This document shows positions 26,069 to 36,875 of a DNA stretch of 59,844 bases, piece by piece. This DNA comes from an uncultured delta proteobacterium (GTDB lineage Bacteria > Desulfobacterota > WTBG01 > CAIYCZ01), in the NCBI GenBank assembly GCA_963803975.1, contig CAWDOY010000023.1, forward strand, positions 1 through 59,844. The letters run 5' to 3'. Each line of letters opens with the position of its first letter. Within the stretch, counting starts at the first letter, position 1. Position numbers and translations under genes: made by a program. The notes below the pieces were generated by a model. It ran no database searches. It was not told where the DNA came from and saw nothing but the letters and a program-made list of their open reading frames with translations.

Positions 26069-27206
26069 TGCCAAGGCCAAGGCGCTGCTGGCACAGGGGA
26101 TTGATGTGGTCGGATTTGGCGCAGGGGAGCCTGATTTTGATACCCCGGATAACATTAAAGAGGCGGCCATTAAAGCGATCAAAGCCGGATTTACCAAGTA
26201 CACTCCCGCCGGCGGCACCGAAGAGCTGAAAAAAGCCGTCTGCCAGAAATTCAAGCAGGACAACAACCTGGACTACACGCCCCCGGAGATTCTCATCTCC
26301 TGCGGGGCAAAGCACTCGCTCTATAATATCTGCCAGGCCCTGTTTGAAGAGGGCGATGAGGTCTTGATTCCCTCGCCCTACTGGGTCTCATATCCTGACA
26401 TGGTGATGCTCGCCGGAGGCACCCCGGTGATTATTAAAACCACGGAAAAAACCGGTTTCAGAATGACCGCGCAGGACCTGGAGAAGGCCATCACCCCGAA
26501 GACCAAGGCCCTGATTCTCAACTCGCCGTCAAACCCGACCGGCGCCTCCTACTCAAAAGAAGACCTCACTGCCATCGCCCGGGTGGTACTGAAGAAGGGC
26601 ATCATCGTCATCTCTGATGAAATTTATGAAAAGCTCATCTATGACGGTTTTCAATTCTCCAGCATTGCCTCCTGCGACCCGGCGCTGAAACCGCAGACCC
26701 TTGTGGTGAACGGGGTATCCAAATCCTACTCCATGACCGGCTGGAGAATCGGCTATGCTGCGGGGCCAAAGGACGTGATCAGCGCCATGACCAACATCCA
26801 GAGCCAGAGCACCTCAAACCCGACCTCGATTGCGCAGAAGGCAAGCCTTGAAGCCCTCAACGGGCCGCAGGATTTCATCCCCATGATGGTGAAAGAATTT
26901 GACCGGCGCCGGACCTATATGGTTGACCGGCTCAATGCCATGCCCGGTGTCTCCTGCTTCAAGCCAAGCGGCGCCTTCTATGCCTTCCCCAATGTTTCCG
27001 GGGTTTATGGCCGCAAGGCCGGCAGCCTGACCATTGCCGATTCCTCGACCTTTACCCAGTATCTGCTCGAGTCAGTAAACGTTGCGGTAGTGCCGGGCGT
27101 TGCGTTTGGTGCCGATGAAAACATCCGCCTCTCCTACGCAACATCCTTTGCCAATATTGAAAAGGGGCTCGACCGGATACAGAAAGCCATAGAAGCGTTG
27201 ACATGA
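26013..27206 (+). CDS. aspC: Aspartate aminotransferase (PLP class I)
   Basis: GAGEPDF, NSPSNPTG, SDEIY, SKSYSMTGWRIGY. Confidence 0.9.
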   Translation: MQLARRVKEIKPSPTLAVDAKAKALLAQGIDVVGFGAGEPDFDTPDNIKEAAIKAIKAGFTKYTPAGGTEELKKAVCQKFKQDNNLDYTPPEILISCGAKHSLYNICQALFEEGDEVLIPSPYWVSYPDMVMLAGGTPVIIKTTEKTGFRMTAQDLEKAITPKTKALILNSPSNPTGASYSKEDLTAIARVVLKKGIIVISDEIYEKLIYDGFQFSSIASCDPALKPQTLVVNGVSKSYSMTGWRIGYAAGPKDVISAMTNIQSQSTSNPTSIAQKASLEALNGPQDFIPMMVKEFDRRRTYMVDRLNAMPGVSCFKPSGAFYAFPNVSGVYGRKAGSLTIADSSTFTQYLLESVNVAVVPGVAFGADENIRLSYATSFANIEKGLDRIQKAIEALT

Positions 27207-27270
27207 TTTTTAAAGTGTGAAATAGTTTCAGCAGCAACTATTCTTATTATCAGGGGATGATTTAGGCTAT

Positions 27271-28058
27271 ATGTTAGATACGCTATCTCTGGCAATACTT
27301 CCATCAGTGGTAACATCAGGCGACATCTCCACCGGCCTGCAGGATAATGTCTGGGATCTCGTTCTGAATGCCGGCCCTACGGTAAAGATGGTGCTCCTGC
27401 TGCTCATGCTCTTCTCCATCATTTCCTGGGGGATTATCTTCTTAAAATTCCGCGTTATTCGCTCGGCCATTAAGGAGACTGAGCTGTTTCTGGGAATGTT
27501 CTGGGAGACGGCCAAGCTCTCGCAGATTTATGCGGAGGCCAAAAAGCTCCAGAACAGCCCCCTGGCGGAAATTTTCCGCTCCGGCTATATCGAGCTGGAA
27601 AAAGTCAGAAAGCTTGCCACCAGTCCCATGCAGGACCTGGGGCAGTCAAGCTCTGACCTGGACCTCATCTCTCCCATCATGGGCATGGGTAATATCCGCA
27701 GGGCGCTGGAACAGGCCATGATAGCCGAGCGCACCAGGCTGGAAAAAAATCTCAACTTTCTTGCCACCACCGGCTCTACCTCGCCCTTTATCGGGCTGTT
27801 TGGTACGGTCTGGGGCATCATGGATGCCTTCCGCAAGATCGGCGTGCGCGGCTCAACCAACCTCGCCACCGTAGCCCCCGGTATTTCAGAAGCGCTGATC
27901 GCAACGGCGGTCGGCCTGTTCGCCGCTATTCCGGCAGTGGTTGCCTATAATTACTACCTGGGCAAAGTAAAAACCCTGTCTTCGGAAATGGACAACTTTT
28001 CCTCGGAGTTTTTAAATATTATTCAGAGAAACTTTGAAGCAACAAGGAAGGCCCAGCA

Positions 28059-28062
<4 letters not shown>
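27271..28062 (+). CDS. tolQ: TolQ
   Basis: FLATTGSTSPFIGLFGTVWGIM, VAPGISEALIATAVGLFAAIPAV. Confidence 0.95.
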
Positions 28063-28465
<403 letters not shown>

Positions 28466-28469
<4 letters not shown>

Positions 28470-29326
28470 CCGCACCGCAGTTACTTACCTCGTCCCCTTT
28501 TTCCGGCTCCCATCCTGCAGAGCCACAACTAAAGTGGATGGTGGTGCTGTCAGGTGTGGTGCACCTGGTGGCCTTTGGCGTTATTATGGGGCTGCCGCCG
28601 TCTTCATCGCGGAATATTTTTTATTCACCGACCTATTCAGTTGATCTGGTGGGGCTGCCGTCGGGCGGAGCTCCGTTTGCCGGCAGTGCCGGGAAAACCT
28701 CCGGTACGTCAGCAGCGGGAGAAGTTAAAAAGCAGCACGTCAAGCTCTGGAAGGGCCCCGCCGCAATAGAATCACAGGTAAAGGTTCAGGCCGGGCGCTC
28801 TCACCCGGTGCTCGACATTCCGGCAAAAGAAAAAAAGCTTGCGCCGCAGCGGCCGGAACCGGAAGCGGCTGAAGACACCGCAGCAGGCTCTGCTGAAGAA
28901 AACCCGGGCGCAGCCGGGGCTGAGAAAACCTCTTCTGAAGCCCAGACTGAGACCCGCGAGCAGGGCACCGGAGGCGGCGTGCCGGGAGCCGGACCGGGTG
29001 GCCCCGGCGGAGGAGGTGCGGCAGCGAACCTTCGCTTCAGCCGCTACTACCAGGCCCTTTACGAAAAAATCTACCAGTCGTGGATACTGCCCGACTATGT
29101 CACGGAGAAAGAAGGTTCGCGAGAGGTTATCGTCGTTATAAAAATCCAGAGGGATGGAAAAATTCTGGGAGCAAGCTTTGAAAAAGCGTCCGGGAACCGC
29201 CAGCTCGATGCTTCGGTTATGAATGCCCTGAAGAAGGCCGATCCCCTGCCGCCGCTGCCGGATGATTTCCGCGAAAATTTTTTAGAAATCGGAATCCGTT
29301 TTATTCCACAGCAGAAAGCCCAATAA
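28466..29326 (+). CDS. tolA: TolA/TonB-family energy transducer
   Basis: TM with S..H motif (LSGVVHL), low-complexity linker, C-terminal TonB_2-type domain; between tolR and tolB. Confidence 0.85.
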
Positions 29327-29330
29327 CATC

Positions 29331-30650
29331 ATGAAACGATCAGCCCTTATATGCATACTCTTTGCAGCAATCATGCTTATTACACTGCCCGGCAGTGCTC
29401 TCGCCAAGGTCTACCTTGACATCCTGTCCCCGTTTGCCACGCGCCTGCCGATAGCAGTACCCGCTTTTAAGAACACCGGCTCCCAGCCGGACACTGAAAA
29501 TATCGCCGCAAAAATGGCCACGGTCATCCGGCAGGACCTTGACCTTTCAGGGTTCTTCCGCGTTCTTGACGCAAGCGCGGTGTCTTCGGACCCGGCCTCT
29601 TCCGGTACCACGTTGGATACCATCAAATGGGACAGCTGGACCATTATCGGGGCCGAGGCGCTGGTTACCGGCGGCATCTCCGTGAACGGCAGTGAACTGG
29701 TCGCAGAGCTGCGCCTGTTCGATGCAGTGCAGCGGCAGTCAATCGTGGGCAAGCGCTATTTTGGCCGGGCCGAAGACGCCCGGCTTATCGCCCACAAATT
29801 TTCCAATGAAATATTTAAAAGCCTCGCCGGCGAGCAGAGCGTCTTTGAGACCAGGATTGCCTTTGAAAAACGCTCCCAGGGAACTAAAGAAATCAGCATC
29901 ATGGATTTTGACGGCGCCCATGCTGAGACCATTACCGAAATGAACTCCATCTGCCTGAGTCCGGCATGGTCGCCGGACGGTAAAAAGATTGCCTTCACCT
30001 CATATGCGGACGGGAACCCCGATCTCTATATCAAAGATCTGGCCAGCGGAAAAACTGAACGGGTTTCTCATAAAAAAGGCGTCAATATTACTCCCGCGTG
30101 GTCGCCTGACGGCAGAAGAATTGCCTTGACATTGAGCCTAAAGAACGGTAATTCAGAAATCTATGCACTGGACGTTGCAACCAGAGATCTTGAGCGACTG
30201 ACCGACGACCCGGCAAATGATGTTTCTCCAACGTGGTCACCTGCTGGTGACGCCATCGCCTTTGTTTCAAGCCGCTCCGGGTCCCCGCAGATTTTTATGC
30301 TGGAGCTGGCCGGCAAAAAAGTCCGACGAATAACCTTTGAGGGCTCCTACAATACATCCCCTGACTGGTCACCCAAGGGAAACAAAATAGTATATGCAGG
30401 GCAGCAGGGTGGCACCTTCAATATCTTTGTCATCAATACTGATGGCACCCTGTTCCAGCAGCTGACCCATAACCAGGGAAGAAATGAAGACCCTGCCTGG
30501 TCACCTGACGGCCGCTTCATTACATTCAGCTCCAACCGCTCCGGTAAAAATGAGATTTACATCATGCGCTCTGATGGAACCGGACAGAAGAAGATATCCG
30601 GCGGAGCCGGTGAAAAAAACAACCCGGCCTGGTCACCGTTTCTCAAATAA
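29331..30650 (+). CDS. tolB: TolB
   Basis: Signal peptide, TolB N-domain, repeated P.WSPDG beta-propeller blades. Confidence 0.95.
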   Translation: MKRSALICILFAAIMLITLPGSALAKVYLDILSPFATRLPIAVPAFKNTGSQPDTENIAAKMATVIRQDLDLSGFFRVLDASAVSSDPASSGTTLDTIKWDSWTIIGAEALVTGGISVNGSELVAELRLFDAVQRQSIVGKRYFGRAEDARLIAHKFSNEIFKSLAGEQSVFETRIAFEKRSQGTKEISIMDFDGAHAETITEMNSICLSPAWSPDGKKIAFTSYADGNPDLYIKDLASGKTERVSHKKGVNITPAWSPDGRRIALTLSLKNGNSEIYALDVATRDLERLTDDPANDVSPTWSPAGDAIAFVSSRSGSPQIFMLELAGKKVRRITFEGSYNTSPDWSPKGNKIVYAGQQGGTFNIFVINTDGTLFQQLTHNQGRNEDPAWSPDGRFITFSSNRSGKNEIYIMRSDGTGQKKISGGAGEKNNPAWSPFLK

Positions 30651-30723
30651 ACGGGGCACCACCGTTACCTGACAGAAAAAACAGCATCAACATAAATAAA
30701 TTTCAGCTAAGGGAGGTAAAAAG

Positions 30724-31261
30724 ATGAAACGTTACACACAGGTACTACTTGCAGTGGTTCTGGTCTGCTTTCTGATGGTGACCGGAGCATGTACTAAAAA
30801 GGCGGTAAAAAAGGACGCCGGTCTCGGCGAGGAAACTGCTGGAGCAGGGAATGAACAAACCGGGAGAAGAAGGCCTTGAAGAAGCCCGCAGCGGCGGCCC
30901 CCAATGGAATGATCCGACGCCGGAAATGGCCGCCTATTTCAAGGACATCTCTTTTGAATATGACCGGGTCACCCTCAGCCCCGAGGCAAAGGAAAGCTTA
31001 AACAAGCTCGGGGAATGGCTGCTGAAAAATACCTCCGTCCAGGTGCTGGTCGAAGGGCATTGCGATGAGCGGGGCACTGCGGAATATAATTTAGCCCTCG
31101 GAGAGCGCAGAGCGCACGCTGCCAAGCAATATCTTGTCCAGCTGGGCGTCAATGCTGACCGGATATCTACCCTCAGCTATGGCAAAGAGCGGCCAATAGA
31201 CCCTGGTCACACAGAAGCAGCATGGTCAAAAAACAGGCGCGATCATTTTCTCTATAGATAA
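30724..31261 (+). CDS. pal: Peptidoglycan-associated lipoprotein Pal, apparent frameshift near 30845
   Basis: ATG 30724 after GGAGG encodes lipobox VTGAC; ORF 30851..31261 has VEGHCDERGTAEYNLALGERRA. Confidence 0.93.
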
Positions 31262-31285
31262 TAAAGCACACCGTAAATAACCCGG

Positions 31286-31321
31286 TAAAGGCCTCTCTAT
31301 GGTTGTGCAGAGAGGCCTTTA
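31286..31321 (+). terminator. Stem-loop after pal
   Basis: TAAAGGCCTCTCT-loop-AGAGAGGCCTTTA. Confidence 0.7.
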
Positions 31322-31343
31322 ACACTGCATGGTTTGGAGTACT

Positions 31344-32288
31344 ATGAAAAGATGGTGCAATATTTTTTATCTGGGCCTGCTTACTATAGCGACCGCGCTT
31401 ATGGCGTCCGGCTGCGCCGGCCTCATTGAGCCCGCAGTAGCACGCCATGAACAGGATATCAGCGCGCTCCAGCAAAGCACCCAGGAGATGAACCGGTCGC
31501 TTGCAGCGCTGCGCAAAACCCAGGCAGAACGGACAGATGAACTAGACAGTATCAGGCAGAACCTGCAGACGCTGCAGGGAAGCGCTGAACAGAACACCCT
31601 CAAGCTGGACCGGTCCCTGGCAGAAGCGCGCAGCCTCCAGAACGAGATCATTGCCGTGCTCAAGGAAAAAGACGAGCAGCTCTCCGTCCTGCACAACCGT
31701 TTGCAGGTGCTTGAATCAGGGGCCGGCATTGCGTCTGCTCCGCTGGCAAAAAAACCTGCCAATTCCGTATCCGGCAACGGCATAGAAAATGTCTGGTCAC
31801 CAAGCCCCTATTCAGCTCTGGCAAAAAAACAGGCGGCCGGCACGGGCCAGCCTGCTCCCCCGCAAAGCCCTGCCGCGCTTCCGCCGGCGCCAACTCCGGA
31901 GGGGGTCTACAACGAGGCCTACAACACGCTGCGGTCGGGAAACTATGAAGGCGCCCGGCAGCAGTTTAATAGTTTTCTGCAGAAATACAAGGAGAGTGAC
32001 CTGGCCGACAATGCCCAGTTCTGGATTGGTGAGAGCTATTTTAAGCAGAATAAATTTGAAGAAGCGATTGTGGCGCTTGAAGAGCTGATAAAAAACTATC
32101 CCAAAAGCAATAAGACGGCTGAAGCCTATTACAAGCAGGCACTTTCGTTCAGCGCCATAAGTGATGTCGTTGCTGCCAGGGCACGGCTGGAGATGCTGTT
32201 GAGCGAATACCCGAATGGTGAGCTGGCGCAGAAGGCACAGCAGAAACTCGATGAGCTGCAGAAGCAGAAACCTGCTGAAGAAGAATAA
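31344..32288 (+). CDS. cpoB: Tol-Pal protein YbgF/CpoB
   Basis: Lipobox LMASGC, coiled coil, TPRs (ADNAQFWIGESYF). Confidence 0.9.
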   Translation: MKRWCNIFYLGLLTIATALMASGCAGLIEPAVARHEQDISALQQSTQEMNRSLAALRKTQAERTDELDSIRQNLQTLQGSAEQNTLKLDRSLAEARSLQNEIIAVLKEKDEQLSVLHNRLQVLESGAGIASAPLAKKPANSVSGNGIENVWSPSPYSALAKKQAAGTGQPAPPQSPAALPPAPTPEGVYNEAYNTLRSGNYEGARQQFNSFLQKYKESDLADNAQFWIGESYFKQNKFEEAIVALEELIKNYPKSNKTAEAYYKQALSFSAISDVVAARARLEMLLSEYPNGELAQKAQQKLDELQKQKPAEEE

Positions 32289-32321
32289 GCATCACATCGC
32301 AAGCCTGCTGCACGCACCGGT

Positions 32322-32606
32322 TCAGCAGGCTTGTTCCCGGTCAGCACCTTCCTTAAATTTCATCATGCACTCGCTGCTGCAAAAATAATAGACTTCGCCG
32401 GACACTGTTTTTCTGAGGGCAGTGCTCTTCTGGATATACACGTTGCACACCGGGTCCTGTACCATCTCTCCTATAGCGCGCATCGGGTTCCCCGCTGCCG
32501 GCCGGTAACTCTGCCGGTACTGTTTCAGAAGCGGCTTTATAATCACATCCTTGACCGCTTTAAAACAGAGATAGATAAAAATAGTAAGTATGATGTAGCG
32601 AATCAC
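32322..32606 (-). CDS. YHS/TRASH-domain membrane-anchored protein
   Basis: MVQDPVCNVYI...YYFCSSEC. Confidence 0.8.
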   Translation of the reverse strand: MIRYIILTIFIYLCFKAVKDVIIKPLLKQYRQSYRPAAGNPMRAIGEMVQDPVCNVYIQKSTALRKTVSGEVYYFCSSECMMKFKEGADREQAC

Positions 32607-32623
32607 GTGCGGGCCTCAGCCAG

Positions 32624-32738
32624 TTTTTCCGGTATCCTGCCGTTTCACCCCCGCTTTGTAAGAGGGGATGAAACGGCAGGATACTAATGATAATAATTAA
32701 TTGCCGGGAAGCCCCGCCCTGTGGGCGGGGAGCTTCAC
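32624..32738 (+). mobile_element. Non-autonomous IS200/IS605-type palindromic element (two hairpins)
   Basis: 16-bp perfect IR GTATCCTGCCGTTTCA/TGAAACGGCAGGATAC, then GAAGCCCCGCCC-tgt-GGGCGGGGAGCTTCAC ending in TCAC like IS605 right ends. Confidence 0.65.
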
Positions 32739-33212
32739 AATTTTTTTAGTGTCACTCACCTGCTGCAGCAGTTTCTCCACCGGCTGCTTGAGAACAGGGT
32801 GCATCCAGGACGGCTCAATCTCTGACAATGGCTCGAGCACAAAGCGCCGCTGGTGCAGAAACGGGTGCGGCACTTTCAGCCCGGGCGCGTCAATTACATC
32901 CTGATTAAAAAAGAGCAGATCAAGATCAATGGTGCGCGGGCCCCAGAGAAACTCTTTCTCTTTTCCCAGCCGCCGCTCTGTTGCCTGCAGAAACGCCAGT
33001 AACGTGAACGCGTCCGCGCCGGTCTCTATTTTCACAGCGCAGTTTATGAACAGCCCCTGCTCTTCATACCCCCACGGCTCTGATTCATAGAAAGAGGAAA
33101 TTTTCATGACCCTGCAGCCGCTCCAGGCATCAAGGGCGGTGATGGCATCAGAGCAGGCCTTTTTCCGGTCCCCCTTATTTGAGCCGATGCCTATGAAGGC
33201 GATGTTTTGCAT
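32697..33212 (-). CDS. folK: HPPK (2-amino-4-hydroxy-6-hydroxymethyldihydropteridine diphosphokinase)
   Basis: FIGIGSNKGD, FINCAV, WGPRTIDLDLL, VPHP..RRFVLEPLSEI. Confidence 0.95.
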   Translation of the reverse strand: MQNIAFIGIGSNKGDRKKACSDAITALDAWSGCRVMKISSFYESEPWGYEEQGLFINCAVKIETGADAFTLLAFLQATERRLGKEKEFLWGPRTIDLDLLFFNQDVIDAPGLKVPHPFLHQRRFVLEPLSEIEPSWMHPVLKQPVEKLLQQVSDTKKIVKLPAHRAGLPGN

Positions 33213-33219
33213 ACTGCTT

Positions 33220-33302
33220 CGTTTCAGAAGTTTGAAGTTTAAAGTTTACGGGTCAAGCGAAAAACACTTGAACCCGGAAACCCTAGAATCCTTAAACACT
33301 CT
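33220..33302. repeat. Paired short-unit arrays between dapL and folK
   Basis: agtttgaagtttaaagtttacgggtcaag / cttgaacccggaaaccctagaatccttaaac. Confidence 0.55.
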
Positions 33303-33305
33303 CTT

Positions 33306-34472
33306 TTAGAAGCCCACTTTTTTTATCCGCTCCACCGCCTCCTGCATCCGCTCTTTATCAACGGTCAGGGCCATACGGATATAGCCTTCCCCCTCTTCGC
33401 CAAAGCCGCTGCCGGGAGTGGTAACAATCCCCGCCTTCTGCAGCAGGTGCATGGTGAACTCGGAAGCGTTGTAGCCGCGCGGCACGCACACCCACATATA
33501 GAAGGTCGCCCGGGGCAGATCAAAATCAAGGCCCGCGCTCTTCAGCCCGGCCGCGAGCACATCCCTGCGCTCCTGATAGATTTTTCTCATCCGCTCCACG
33601 CACTGCTGGTCTCCCTGCAGCGCTGCCACACCTGCCCACTGGATTGCCTGAAAAATTCCTGAATCGATATTGGTTTTTATTTTCCCGAGGCCGGCAACAA
33701 TATCCCGGTTACCCACGGCAAAACCGATGCGCCAGCCGGTCATGTTATAGGTCTTTGACAGGGAATGAAACTCAATGCATACGTCACGGGCGCCGCTAAC
33801 CTCAAGAAAGCTTACCGGCCGGTATCCGTCAAAGGCTATCTCAGAGTAGGCGCAGTCATGGCAGATGATGATGTTGTGCTTTTTCGCGAGCGCAACCGCC
33901 TCTTCAAAGAATGCCGGTTCTGCCACCGCGGCCGTCGGGTTGTTGGGATAATTGAGGAACATGAGCCGCGCTTCGCTGAGAGCTCTTTCAGGAATTTTGC
34001 TGAAATCAGGAAGAAATTTGTTTTCCCGTCTGAGCGGCATTATTTCCTGCACGCCGCCGGCAAACAGGGTTGACGTCTTATACACCGGATAGCCCGGGCT
34101 CGGCACCAGCACCCGCTCTCCCGGGTTGACAAAGGCAAGCGGTATATGGGCAATGCCCTCTTTTGAGCCGATGAGTGAAACCACTTCATCCCGGGGGTCA
34201 AGCGCTACATTGAAACGCTTCCCGTACCACTGCGCCACTGCTTCGCGGAACACCGCCATGCCCTCATAACTGGGGTAGCGGTGATTTTCCCCATTGCCTC
34301 CGGCCTGCCGCAATTTCTCTATGATATGCGCTGGTGTCGGCTGATCAGGATCACCGATGCCCAGGTCAATGATATCTGCGCCTTGTGCTTTTACCTCCTG
34401 CTTCATCCGGTCAATCTGGGCAAAAAGATATGGGGGAAGCTGCTTCAACCGCCGTGCCTGAATAATCTCCAT
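33306..34472 (-). CDS. dapL: LL-diaminopimelate aminotransferase
   Basis: LPPYLFAQID, DLGIGDPD, NYPNNPT, SLSKTYNMTGWRIG; directly after dapB. Confidence 0.88.
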   Translation of the reverse strand: MEIIQARRLKQLPPYLFAQIDRMKQEVKAQGADIIDLGIGDPDQPTPAHIIEKLRQAGGNGENHRYPSYEGMAVFREAVAQWYGKRFNVALDPRDEVVSLIGSKEGIAHIPLAFVNPGERVLVPSPGYPVYKTSTLFAGGVQEIMPLRRENKFLPDFSKIPERALSEARLMFLNYPNNPTAAVAEPAFFEEAVALAKKHNIIICHDCAYSEIAFDGYRPVSFLEVSGARDVCIEFHSLSKTYNMTGWRIGFAVGNRDIVAGLGKIKTNIDSGIFQAIQWAGVAALQGDQQCVERMRKIYQERRDVLAAGLKSAGLDFDLPRATFYMWVCVPRGYNASEFTMHLLQKAGIVTTPGSGFGEEGEGYIRMALTVDKERMQEAVERIKKVGF

Positions 34473-34480
34473 AGTTCTCC

Positions 34481-34523
34481 TCTATTGCCTGTTGCCTATT
34501 GCCTGATCTGCCTGTTGCCTTGC
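34481..34523. repeat. 7-mer tandem array (TTGCCTR)
   Basis: ctattgcctgttgcctattgcctgatctgcctgttgcc. Confidence 0.65.
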
Positions 34524-35350
34524 TATCTCAATCCCAGCACGTCCTGCATGTCATATAAGCCGTTGGGCCGGTCAATCACCCATTGGGCTGCGCGCAGCGC
34601 CCCATAGACAAAGGTGTCACGGCTGTGTGCCCGGTGTATCAGCTCCAGCCGCTCTCCCTGGCCGCAGAACAGCACCGTGTGCTCACCCACGATGTCACCG
34701 GCGCGCAGGGTCTGGATGCCTATTTCATCTTTTTTCCGCTCGCCGATAATACCCTTGCGCTCGTAGACCCCCACTTGAGAGAGGTCCCTGCCGTAGGCAT
34801 CTGCAAGTATCCGGGCTATCTGTAACGCCGTGCCGCTGGGTGCATCTTTCTTGTTATGGTGATGCACCTCAAGCACTTCCGCATCAAAATCTTCTCCCAG
34901 GATCTGTGCCACCTCGCCGACCAGTTTAAACAGCGTATTGACCCCGGTACTCATATTCGGGGCACAAACGCAGGGGAAGTTTCCGGCCAGGGATTGTATC
35001 TCCGCCATCTGCCCGGGAGAAAATCCGGTGCTGCCGATCACCGCGGCCTTTTTGCTGCGGCCGGCAAACCGCGCGGTCTCCATGGAGACCGGCGGAAACG
35101 TAAAATCAATGATCACGTCAAACGGCGTGACGAGTTCATCCAGGCTGCCGGCGATCTTCTCATCAGAGGGAACAGTCGCCAGGACCTCCCGGATGGTTTT
35201 GCCAAGATGTGGATGATCAGCCCGCTCTGTCGCGCCAGCCAGGTAAAATCGGTCTGATTGCGCAATCAGCTCGCAGATGCGCCTGCCCATCCTGCCTTCG
35301 GCGCCAACCACGGCGCATGATAGTTTGGTGTTAACGGTCATAGTAAGCAC
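34523..35350 (-). CDS. dapB: 4-hydroxy-tetrahydrodipicolinate reductase
   Basis: GAEGRMG, VIIDFT, EVHHHNKKDAPSGTA, RAGDIVGEHTV. Confidence 0.97.
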   Translation of the reverse strand: MLTMTVNTKLSCAVVGAEGRMGRRICELIAQSDRFYLAGATERADHPHLGKTIREVLATVPSDEKIAGSLDELVTPFDVIIDFTFPPVSMETARFAGRSKKAAVIGSTGFSPGQMAEIQSLAGNFPCVCAPNMSTGVNTLFKLVGEVAQILGEDFDAEVLEVHHHNKKDAPSGTALQIARILADAYGRDLSQVGVYERKGIIGERKKDEIGIQTLRAGDIVGEHTVLFCGQGERLELIHRAHSRDTFVYGALRAAQWVIDRPNGLYDMQDVLGLR

Positions 35351-35383
35351 CTTTCATCTTGCACGCCAGCAAAGACTATAACG

Positions 35384-36742
35384 TTATTTTTTAGTAACCG
35401 GACATTTCACGATGGGAAGGTATTCGCTGTAATTAAAGCGCGGGCTGTTCTTTTCATCATGGCACTGTTTGCAGACACCTTCTCCGGCATTGCGCACGAT
35501 ATCACCCTTGCCCTTGTGCTTCTTTCCCGGGCCGTGACAGGATTCGCACTGCACATGCAAAAACGGGGATTTTTCTCCCTGGGCTATGGTGTAGCCGCCC
35601 GGCTCCTTGAATCCGGTGGTATGACAGGGCAGGCATTCTATATCAAAATGGTTGCAGTTTTTCATCAGCGTTTCAAACGCCTGGGAATGAGCCGTATTCA
35701 GCCAGTTATCATACTGGGGCTGATGACAGGTCGCGCACTTCTCAGCCCCCGCATAGAGGGTCTCGCCCGGCGCGCCATTCTTCTTCTCATGCATCTTTTC
35801 CTTGAAAAATTCTATGCGGTTCATGGCGATAAGCGTTGACCGGTATTCCTTGGTTAAGGTGCTGATATTTTTATCATCGGGAATATTTTCCGTGAGCGGC
35901 ATGAGGGTGTCGCGCAGGGAAACCAATGCGCCTGATGGGGAAACCTCGAGTTTGCCGAGATATTGACCCCTGTTGTAGGCCTGCACAATAAGGGTTTTAC
36001 CTTCTTTAACCGGCTCCGGCAGGCGCGCGGTGGCTCTCCCGCCTATGATGAGATCGATGCCGGGGACCTGCCTGGCAAGCGCCCGGTCTTGCTCAAGCCC
36101 CAGATTAGACAGAACAATGAGCATGGTGATGCGCGGCCGGATCTGCGCAGCTATTTTTTTTGCAGCAGCAATCGGGTCCTGGGCGGAAAGGGACGGATCT
36201 ATCCGGCAGGTATTGGAGAAAAGGCCGATAATGCCGACTTTTATACCGGCTGTTTCTTTTATTATGAACTGCTCAAACAGGGGCTTGCTGGATTTTCTGT
36301 CCAGCAGGTTGGCAGACAAAAACGGAAACAACGCTTTCTTTTTCAGCTCCTGCAAATGGCCCAGACCGAGAAACAGATCGGTCTCTCCCACATTGAATGC
36401 GTCGCACCCTATCTGCCGGTAGGCATCAAGGATATACTCTGACTTGAGCAGAAATTCCTTCTTTTCAATGGTGGTGCCCGGCTTTTCCTTGAAAAAAAGA
36501 TTTCCCGCATCGAGCACCAGCACCGGCCGGCCCTCCTTCTTCAGGGCGGTGATGACCGAGGCTTTACGGGAAAGGCCGCCCAGCTGCTCATCGTCACAGC
36601 CGCAGAGCTCAAGCTCTCCCAGCACATCGTTTGAATAGACAATGGTGAACGGCGCGGCATGCAGCGCCGCTGCCGGAAACATCCCGGCATAAAAAAAAGT
36701 CCCCGTTGCTGCGAGGAGAAACAGTTTTGCCAGAAACTTCAT
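35384..36742 (-). CDS. Exported UshA/5'-nucleotidase-like domain (CGC motif) fused to a tetraheme c-type cytochrome
   Basis: Signal peptide; YSNDVLGELELCGC..LGGLSR, LDAGN, NVGETD, FLSANL; four CxxCH motifs (CATCH, CLPCH, CESCH, CKQCH). Confidence 0.8.
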   Translation of the reverse strand: MKFLAKLFLLAATGTFFYAGMFPAAALHAAPFTIVYSNDVLGELELCGCDDEQLGGLSRKASVITALKKEGRPVLVLDAGNLFFKEKPGTTIEKKEFLLKSEYILDAYRQIGCDAFNVGETDLFLGLGHLQELKKKALFPFLSANLLDRKSSKPLFEQFIIKETAGIKVGIIGLFSNTCRIDPSLSAQDPIAAAKKIAAQIRPRITMLIVLSNLGLEQDRALARQVPGIDLIIGGRATARLPEPVKEGKTLIVQAYNRGQYLGKLEVSPSGALVSLRDTLMPLTENIPDDKNISTLTKEYRSTLIAMNRIEFFKEKMHEKKNGAPGETLYAGAEKCATCHQPQYDNWLNTAHSQAFETLMKNCNHFDIECLPCHTTGFKEPGGYTIAQGEKSPFLHVQCESCHGPGKKHKGKGDIVRNAGEGVCKQCHDEKNSPRFNYSEYLPIVKCPVTKK

Positions 36743-36875
36743 ACTCGTAACTATTCCAAAATGGACTATTTTCTTTGATTCTCGCGGGAAAATGTGTAAT
36801 ATGGTCCTGCTATAATTTTATATAGGTATTTCTGCTGATTGTCAAGATTCAAGCGGGATTCAGGGAGCGCATAAG

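Noticed and set aside
36570..36620. Selenocysteine in the UshA-like CGC motif
   Set aside because: Both codons are Cys (TGC, TGT); there is no in-frame TGA
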